Below are positions 57,901 through 64,000 of a stretch of 64,000 nt of DNA, in pieces. A model generated the notes under the pieces. It ran no database searches and was not told the DNA's origin. It saw only the letters and a list, made by a program, of their open reading frames with translations. Source of the stretch: a virus (taxonomy: Duplodnaviria; Caudoviricetes). The stretch lies in the IMG/VR virus record IMGVR_UViG_3300002835_000001, positions 128,001 to 192,000 of that record, one strand, 5' to 3'. The position numbers and the translations under genes were made by a program. Each line of letters opens with the position of its first letter. Within the stretch, counting starts at the first letter, position 1.

Positions 57901-60730
57901 AATTGTTACCATCATCAAAGAATGTTTTTCCACTAATTGCTGTTGTGGTTGTTCCACTTAAAAATCCAGATAATATATCTTTATTTTCTAATATTTTCTT
58001 TTTATATCTATGATAAATTGACCCCCATTTGATTATTAAATGATAGGGTACATAATGTGATGCACTTATCTCTCTAAAAACCGTAGATAACCTTGTTTTA
58101 CCAAAGAATTCATCTTCTAAATCAATAAATGGTAATGAGTTCAATAAAAGATATGCGGAACCTGCATACTTTCCATATGATTGCTTACCGAAATCAGATT
58201 CTAATTGTTTATGAAAATATGGTGTGTTTAAAATACTCGCGGAACTACTCGGTCCAATTTTTATTTTTTCATCGAATAAGTTAGAGTATTTATCTGTCCA
58301 ATATGTTGGTAGTGCAGGTGCAGATATTAATCCTTCTTTGGTATTAACTTGAAATATTTGTTTTAAATTTAAATCTGCTAAACTAAATGATTCTTCACCC
58401 AAATAGTTTAAATAGCTATCCGAATTAAATGGATATATGTTTAATCTATAAGTTTCAGACTCATATGTGAAATCATTTAAATTTTCTTTTAATTTATTAA
58501 AAACACCAGTATCTTCAAAATTCTTATTACCACTATAACTTGTTTCAATTGAGAATGGAGTATTTTCAATTGTTTTTAAATAAGGTGTTGTTGGTAACTT
58601 ATCTTCAAAATAGGGATACCTATCAAATGGTGAAAACGATAATAAATTTTCTGTTAGTGTTGTAATGTTTGTCATTGTTTTTAACATTCCAACAACATCA
58701 GGGTCTTCACCAAACATTTTTTGTATATTATCAAATTCTCTATCCGCTAATTCATTAATTGTGTTTAATGAGAAATCGTCGGATAATGTTGCATATCTAC
58801 CTCTCTCATGTATTTCATATATTATAGAAGATATTGACTTGTTAATATATGGTGTACCAATTGCTAATTGAAACAATGTCGCTATTTTGTGTAAATCACC
58901 ATCTGTATTTGAATTATCAAATACGAAATCAATTTTACTTGCAGAACCTTCGTTACCTGTTAATGAGTCTTGTCTTTTTGTGCCTACAGCTTGATAGTTT
59001 TCTAAAAAATCAATTTCAGGCCACAGAAACTTATCGTATGACCTTAATTTTTGTTGTAACTCAGGATCTCCAGGATATGCAATTACTTTTTGTTTGTTTG
59101 AACTTTGTTTCTTTACTTCAGGCCAAGGATAAATTGAATCATTACCTTTTGACTCATCACTAAACCCTTTTAATATTTGTCTTCTTATTGTGGAAACCTC
59201 AAATGATTTACTATGTACTTCTTTTAGTAACCTAATATAAACTTCGGCATTTGCTAAAATTACCGCAAATATATTACGTATTGTTGGGTCAAATCCAATT
59301 CCTTTATCTTTATCTTTAACGATTTCATTCATTTTTCTTTCAACAAGGTCTTGTAATTTATTTCTTTGTTGAACGAATAATTGTTGCATATCATAGATGT
59401 CTTTTAAAACACCTTGAACAGAGACCACATAACCGCTAGCTATTAATTTTACATAAGAGTCAATCGGTTTTATTTTGTTTGAATAACTAAATGTTTCTTT
59501 CTTAAAATCATTTGCAGATTGTTTTAAAAACGTTTCTGTAAATATTTTAGTCTGTTTTAAATCTAAAGGATAATTTGTTATAATACTTTCTAATGTACCA
59601 TTAACAGTACTTCCTTTTATTTTTATATCTGTTATAGTTCTATCCACCATTCTATTATAAATGGCACCATCTACTTCCACAGTTTCGGCACTTACAAATC
59701 TTTTACTCCAATTTTTAACTGCCGATTCAAATTCTGTTAATTTTTTTTCAAAATCTTTAACACCGACGAATAGTTTCATATCAACCAATCCACCGAATAT
59801 TTCTTTTTCTAATATTTTATCTAAACTTCTAGCAATAACGATTACTTCTCTTAACGTTTTTGTTGGAAAGTTCTTATCAATTAAACCTTTTTGTTTATAT
59901 TCATCATAAACAGATTTTAACATTACATAACCTTTTGAAGATTTTTTAATCTGTTTTTCTTTTGTTCCTTTTTTCTCGTTGAATTTTGCTGGTAAATCGG
60001 GATCCGATTCAACCATATACATGTATGGTGCGTTTAATATACCATCAAGTGGTATGTCATTTAAAAACGCATAAGTTGACCCAACAAATGTTGTGGCAAT
60101 TTCAAAATTACCATTTGATTCATTGTATTTTGAACTGAACTTAGTTAAATGTAATCTATATTTAATTGCTTTACCATAATACCCTTTTATTGTTAAATAA
60201 AAGATCGGCCAAGGTAAATGAAAGAACGCACCATATGGTGAATTTTGGGGTGATTCAAACAGAGTTTTACCTCTAACGTCAATAAAGTTAATGTTAACTT
60301 GTGGTATAAAGTTAGCACCCTTAATATTAATGTTAATACTGTCAATACCAAAAGATTGTGCAGTTGAGTCGTTTTGGTAGTTATATTTATTTCCGTCATT
60401 GTCTACTCCATCTTTTACATTTACAAACTCTTCTGTCCACGCGGTATCAAAATCTTTACCATTTTTACCTTTATTTTGTGTAAAACTTAAGGTTCCTTTA
60501 GCTATGGACGATAATGTTCCTTTCGATGTACTATCGCCAGATGCTGTTAATACGCTTCGTGGTATTAAATCTGCCTCAAGATTGACAAACATTACTAAAT
60601 TTTCTTGTTTTATTCCTCTTGGTTCTACTTGGTCACCATTTTGCACACTATTGGGATCAACAAAAACTAAGTTATTAACATCAACTTTTACTAAAATATT
60701 TTCACTCTGACTAATTTTGTTATTCCCCAT
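54956..60730 (-). CDS. Giant baseplate hub-like protein (gp27/GpD-like termini, ~1.9 kaa)
   Basis: FGIDSININ..IPQVNINFIDVRG N-terminal; YTCDVTCMGNVMIQPTMYF...GSYWITEVSHSI...TTFKGTR C-terminal hub motif. Confidence 0.7.
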   Translation of the reverse strand: MGNNKISQSENILVKVDVNNLVFVDPNSVQNGDQVEPRGIKQENLVMFVNLEADLIPRSVLTASGDSTSKGTLSSIAKGTLSFTQNKGKNGKDFDTAWTEEFVNVKDGVDNDGNKYNYQNDSTAQSFGIDSININIKGANFIPQVNINFIDVRGKTLFESPQNSPYGAFFHLPWPIFYLTIKGYYGKAIKYRLHLTKFSSKYNESNGNFEIATTFVGSTYAFLNDIPLDGILNAPYMYMVESDPDLPAKFNEKKGTKEKQIKKSSKGYVMLKSVYDEYKQKGLIDKNFPTKTLREVIVIARSLDKILEKEIFGGLVDMKLFVGVKDFEKKLTEFESAVKNWSKRFVSAETVEVDGAIYNRMVDRTITDIKIKGSTVNGTLESIITNYPLDLKQTKIFTETFLKQSANDFKKETFSYSNKIKPIDSYVKLIASGYVVSVQGVLKDIYDMQQLFVQQRNKLQDLVERKMNEIVKDKDKGIGFDPTIRNIFAVILANAEVYIRLLKEVHSKSFEVSTIRRQILKGFSDESKGNDSIYPWPEVKKQSSNKQKVIAYPGDPELQQKLRSYDKFLWPEIDFLENYQAVGTKRQDSLTGNEGSASKIDFVFDNSNTDGDLHKIATLFQLAIGTPYINKSISSIIYEIHERGRYATLSDDFSLNTINELADREFDNIQKMFGEDPDVVGMLKTMTNITTLTENLLSFSPFDRYPYFEDKLPTTPYLKTIENTPFSIETSYSGNKNFEDTGVFNKLKENLNDFTYESETYRLNIYPFNSDSYLNYLGEESFSLADLNLKQIFQVNTKEGLISAPALPTYWTDKYSNLFDEKIKIGPSSSASILNTPYFHKQLESDFGKQSYGKYAGSAYLLLNSLPFIDLEDEFFGKTRLSTVFREISASHYVPYHLIIKWGSIYHRYKKKILENKDILSGFLSGTTTTAISGKTFFDDGNNLTFNIGQNVNYTSQNVIGLHPLYDSVFHQIVNGYSHFLFSTGDTISFDTAFTNKTINVVQEPIGDNGLYFTSFIDNSKIVSSDKYFTLLPSVGGSKNGFTNGLTASGNEQKNFKILWCYDNESVTDYYDGKEFFDYDEYNKSYDVGTLFFNMVDYSGPFFTDLNKDEDAKYSLVTSEKRKIYDLIATFSPQILDKFEEYFLDFATEKLEEEIPYKVFPDYNVTGIVSGETKTIESHSVKYDKFQDLLKALVTIDKDDNNDNTDVNAIITTLKEKQLKKLESITQQILGTDNLLKVTIGNPKEIVPNVWNGFAQIDDVNRFSYNEYNSSQYSSNKMYIDLYVGGEPSTDCYKNFFVTNNVELSEENVLIFRPLILIFAGWVESKGLAYTPTKADFQDYIKTKILRGPELRLGQYFTQLLPKLSTLTVKDSKNEVTIVNGYNDIPLKLELYNYFKSFNDKWVAGNSLGQRTLMEEFLFLDKANKDIGDQAYLSLEKLLPLEDTKNSKANLYSVISMLIQGTGFDMRGLPAYVNFYGTNNSTKSRITPSKKIAENLFGTFLDVDYQDSSPKILIQYTGPTSKHLELADINEKYKFKNDSGNLFSGVGSPLVITTPQVFSQGDYAKSNKVVAFEVSVGDQNQGIFKSVQLDQSSIRNTTESFNVIENLGRSESGAAANQIDISLFDIYRQASYTCDVTCMGNVMIQPTMYFYLKNVPMFRGSYWITEVSHSIRNNNIITTFKGTRIPYASLPDPKDSFLSSYRVLFDKITRAAIAKTKEQENSTTTGSTKNEQTHTTSDGKTFLSDMGDSKQAINGEKILLEQGVTQYGVPYNGYNEEKYIQKVSFNGKDYLRAQVITMGGPNYEIKETISMNIISRQTEHTIEPNPITWKDLSSSTRYFYSTKFDFDVAKPNLIIKGTTKFYNPKDVKTPITVPPVGSGQINVNNITGPINAGPTGVKSGLALSKQLMKDLKVQDGDVVYFEII

Positions 60731-61043
60731 AATATAAGTTATACAATTCTACACCACTTTTATAATCTTGTAAAGAGTCGATTAGCGGATATGGTATCCT
60801 TATATAATAATTGTTAGGTATTTCAAATTCTAAACTACCTGCAGCGGGGTTTGCTAATAAAATCAACCAACCATATAATGGTGAATTGTAATATTCTTGT
60901 GATAGTTTATCTAATCTATCTTTACCTTTTTTATATTGTTGGTACTTGTCTGTTCCTTTTATTGGTATTTCGATTCCTGGAACAACTCTAAATTCTCCAT
61001 CATTTATATAAAATTGGTACCTATTAAAATATTCTCTACTCAT
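60720..61043 (-). CDS. LysM-like baseplate protein (T4 gp53/tail X-like)
   Basis: KDRLDKLSQEYYNSPLYGWLILLANP...IRIP. Confidence 0.8.
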   Translation of the reverse strand: MSREYFNRYQFYINDGEFRVVPGIEIPIKGTDKYQQYKKGKDRLDKLSQEYYNSPLYGWLILLANPAAGSLEFEIPNNYYIRIPYPLIDSLQDYKSGVELYNLYYGE

Positions 61044-61045
61044 GA

Positions 61046-64000
61046 TTATATTAATTTAAAAGTTTCTGTACCAAATTTAACTTGTTCAGCATTGTGAAGG
61101 TCCATTAAACTTTGTTTTATTTCATCAAGAACAATGTAATCTGTTACATCCACATCATATTCTATCTTACTACCACCCTTTTTAATTGGGAATTTACCCA
61201 TTCTAAAATTCTTTTCTTTCGGTGTCTCTATTAATTTGTCCACAATTTCACCAATTTTATCTGATGTTTCTTTTGTTGAAATTTCTTCATAAAGTTTAGT
61301 TATTGTCTCTCTCTTTCCTTGTAATAATATTGAAATTAGTTCTACAAAAATATTGTCGTTTAATACACCAGTAGCAAAATCAAAACTTATATCTAAGTCT
61401 TCATTAAACTCATCATGTTTGTTTTTAAAATAATCAACAATATTTGAATATTGGTTATATAAGGTTGAACCGGTAAAACCTGATAATGTTGTTGAGATAA
61501 ATTGTACTCCATCAACTTTTCCGTCAAATTCATTTTTAACTAAAAAATTAGCTTTTTCAAATAATTTAATTACTTTATTTCTAGAATCTTCTAATTTCTT
61601 TAGTGAACTACTTTCAGGCATTTCCCCTATTTTTTCGTTAATGATTGATTTTAACGTTTCTCTTAATTTTTCGTTAGACCAATCCATTCCTTCACTTGTT
61701 ACTGCTTTATTAAAACCCAATAAGGTGGTTACGTCATTGTTATTAATATAACTATTTAAATCTGTGGTAAGTTTTGTACTATAAAAGTTTACATTGGCAT
61801 CTTTATTAGATGCTCCAAGTAAAGGTAATATATCTGTTGTTGTTGCACTTGTGTTAATTGTTAATCCAGTTACAGTTTTGTATCTATTGTGAAAAAATAT
61901 ACTTGATACTTTTTTACCATATTTTTTAACAACTTCGTTATATGATGATTTATATAAATTAATATACGAATCTGTACCGCTAAAAATTGTATCAATAAAA
62001 CTAGTATAATCTATTTTAATATAATCAAGACCAGAATTAAGAATTCCCGTTCCAATATATAATCCTTGACTAACTTTTGGTTTATTATCTTTATCACCCT
62101 CTAACTGAAATTCTGGTTTCTTTTGTAATTCAGCAATGAATTCTTTAGTAAATTGGTCCGCTGGTTTACCATCAATTAAAGTTGCGGTTGATTGTGCTCT
62201 TTCATCATAAATTTCTGTGTTTGCAAAAAAGTTAGATGATAAAGCATTTTGTAATTTTTCAACCGGTCTTTCCAGTCCTTGTCCACCTATGAAACTAACT
62301 TGTAACGTTATATTAGCAATCATTGGTTGTACTCCAATACCTTCTGGATTTAAATCCCATGTTGAATCGTCATACGTTATGTTAATGTCTCTTATAACAA
62401 TTTTAGAGTGATAAAAATCACCAATTCTTATAACACATATTGGTGGTGGACCAAAAGAAGTATTTCGTGCATTTAAATCATTAACATCAGCAATTCCTTT
62501 TATTGGTATTGTATTTCCAGGTCTTACACATTGTAATAAGAACGTTAATCTTGAGTTCAATCCTTCAGGTGTTGTTGAGTGGAAAGCTGGATGAAAATAT
62601 TTTAATTTTTCCTTTAAAGATGTAAACGCTAACGGTGAATCTTCCTCCAATTTTTTAAAGTAGTAACATTCAGATAGTGTTTTAGTAATTATTCTTTTCA
62701 TTACATCAATAGGTGGCTTTGGTGTATATGTAATTTCAGGTTCACCAGGCTCCTTTGTAATTTTCGGTATTTTAATTTTTTGTGTCGATGGTGGTTTTTG
62801 TACGCTAAGTGTTTTAGCGGAAAACTTAACACTTGTTTGTCTACAATAAAATGCGTTTGGTGTCGTTATTTTTAAACCATATTTTGTTTGAATAACAGTC
62901 TTACAATCTAATCTACCATCTGGATCAACATTCGTTAATCCTTTAGCGTTTTCACCTTCAGTAGAAAAGTTTATAATTAACTTACCTACATTACCTTTAT
63001 ATCCTAACTTTTCAAAAGTAAATGTTAACTTTTGGTCATTTAAACCATCTTTAGCATTCTTTTTAACTTCCTGCTCTGATGGCCAGTTAAAGTCGGGTAT
63101 TTTATCTACATCTCCTTTTAATTTAGTAAGAATATCCAATACTAAAGAATGTGCTCTTCTCATTCCTAATAGGAAATTGTAATCATCATTTGCAACTTCG
63201 GATGCGCTTGAAAGTATTTTAAATTCAGCAAGTTCAATTGTATTTCCACTTACCGCCTTTTTAAGGTCGGCGATTTTTGTATTAAATTCCGTATAATTTG
63301 TATTTAATTTTTCAAATCCTGTGTTTAACTTATCCAATTGTAAACTAATTGCTTTAGGAAAATCTGTTATTTTTGATTTTTCTAATTTAAAAATTGTCTT
63401 TATGTCTTGGATTGCATCTCCACTTGTGTCTCCACTTAATCTTGTAAAATCAGCTAAAGCATCTGCGTTTAGTGAGGATTTTTGTGCATAATATGAAGGT
63501 TGTATTGTGCTATATATTTCTCCTTTTGTGGTGTTATTAGCATCTTTAGCAGGAATATCATTTGGAAAAAATAAAGCTAATGAAAAAGGTTCGGGTGCCT
63601 TTGTTGGGGTTTCACCCGTCTCTGGTTTAACCTCCTCAACTTCTTCTGATGAATATTTATATTTCTTAATGGTGGACATTTCTTTTCCAGCATTAAGATA
63701 TTCATTAATTCTTTTTATATCGTCCGTATCTAAGTTAGTATATTTTCTTACTAAATCATAAAAGTCAATTTCCTCACATCCAGCAAAGAATGCATTAATA
63801 TAGTTGTCCGCCTCTTCATCTGACATACCTTTGAAATGTTCTCTCACCAATAGATTTAAAATACTTGGGTGGTCAACGACAACCTTAAATGATATTGTAC
63901 CACTTCTTGATGTATTTTGATAAGTGTATATTGGTTCTGGTCTACCTAAAAAACTATTCTCTTCCCATTTAGCACTATTTTGTTCTGATACTTTTAAATC
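61046..64000 (-). CDS. Large tail-tube-initiator/baseplate-like protein with OmpA-like domain, partial (continues beyond right edge)
   Basis: Frame is open from 64000 (DLKVSEQNSAKWEENSFLGRPEPIYTYQNTSRSGTISF..., tube-protein-like motif); OmpA-like YNFLLGMRRAHS; second tube-like motif PPICVIRIGDFYHSKIVIRDINITY. Confidence 0.7.
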   Translation of the reverse strand, partial: DLKVSEQNSAKWEENSFLGRPEPIYTYQNTSRSGTISFKVVVDHPSILNLLVREHFKGMSDEEADNYINAFFAGCEEIDFYDLVRKYTNLDTDDIKRINEYLNAGKEMSTIKKYKYSSEEVEEVKPETGETPTKAPEPFSLALFFPNDIPAKDANNTTKGEIYSTIQPSYYAQKSSLNADALADFTRLSGDTSGDAIQDIKTIFKLEKSKITDFPKAISLQLDKLNTGFEKLNTNYTEFNTKIADLKKAVSGNTIELAEFKILSSASEVANDDYNFLLGMRRAHSLVLDILTKLKGDVDKIPDFNWPSEQEVKKNAKDGLNDQKLTFTFEKLGYKGNVGKLIINFSTEGENAKGLTNVDPDGRLDCKTVIQTKYGLKITTPNAFYCRQTSVKFSAKTLSVQKPPSTQKIKIPKITKEPGEPEITYTPKPPIDVMKRIITKTLSECYYFKKLEEDSPLAFTSLKEKLKYFHPAFHSTTPEGLNSRLTFLLQCVRPGNTIPIKGIADVNDLNARNTSFGPPPICVIRIGDFYHSKIVIRDINITYDDSTWDLNPEGIGVQPMIANITLQVSFIGGQGLERPVEKLQNALSSNFFANTEIYDERAQSTATLIDGKPADQFTKEFIAELQKKPEFQLEGDKDNKPKVSQGLYIGTGILNSGLDYIKIDYTSFIDTIFSGTDSYINLYKSSYNEVVKKYGKKVSSIFFHNRYKTVTGLTINTSATTTDILPLLGASNKDANVNFYSTKLTTDLNSYINNNDVTTLLGFNKAVTSEGMDWSNEKLRETLKSIINEKIGEMPESSSLKKLEDSRNKVIKLFEKANFLVKNEFDGKVDGVQFISTTLSGFTGSTLYNQYSNIVDYFKNKHDEFNEDLDISFDFATGVLNDNIFVELISILLQGKRETITKLYEEISTKETSDKIGEIVDKLIETPKEKNFRMGKFPIKKGGSKIEYDVDVTDYIVLDEIKQSLMDLHNAEQVKFGTETFKLI

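Noticed and set aside
1-64000. Host chromosome or NCLDV origin
   Set aside because: gp25/gp6/gp53-like baseplate genes, gp32-like SSB, bacterial sigma factor and single-strand gene packing indicate a tailed phage; no ribosomal or NCLDV hallmark genes seen

Overview
A 64-kb, AT-rich, densely coding segment of a large contractile-tailed (T4-like/jumbo) bacteriophage genome, standard genetic code, with every credible gene on the minus strand except one DEDDh exonuclease (9875-10678, +). Layout: (i) 1-10.7 kb accessory/late block (Hc1 histone-like protein, Glu-rich putative head-internal proteins, degenerate amidase, membrane protein with a likely -1 frameshift extension, sigma-70 factor, three envelope proteins, ClpP, exonuclease); (ii) 10.7-17.8 kb recombination/replication block (SbcC/SbcD-like pair, PD-(D/E)XK nuclease, primase, RuvC-like resolvase) with a structured small-RNA candidate; (iii) 17.8-45.3 kb baseplate/fibre block with Pro-Thr linkers, cadherin and SprB repeats, a shared C-x-F-x-V-D-L repeat and a strongly enriched [ST]-G-x-T motif; (iv) 45.4-53.6 kb nucleotide/replication block (NrdA, NrdB, helicase, 5'-3' exonuclease, RecA, gp32-like SSB); (v) 53.7-64 kb ferritin-like gene and giant hub/tail proteins. 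Host is inferred to be a Bacteroidota member (TAnnTTTG-like promoters, no Shine-Dalgarno motifs, SprB repeats, Hc1-like protein). Two promoter classes are visible. No tRNA, rRNA, CRISPR array, integrase, transposase, intron or intein was seen. All family assignments come from motif recognition by eye, not database searches.
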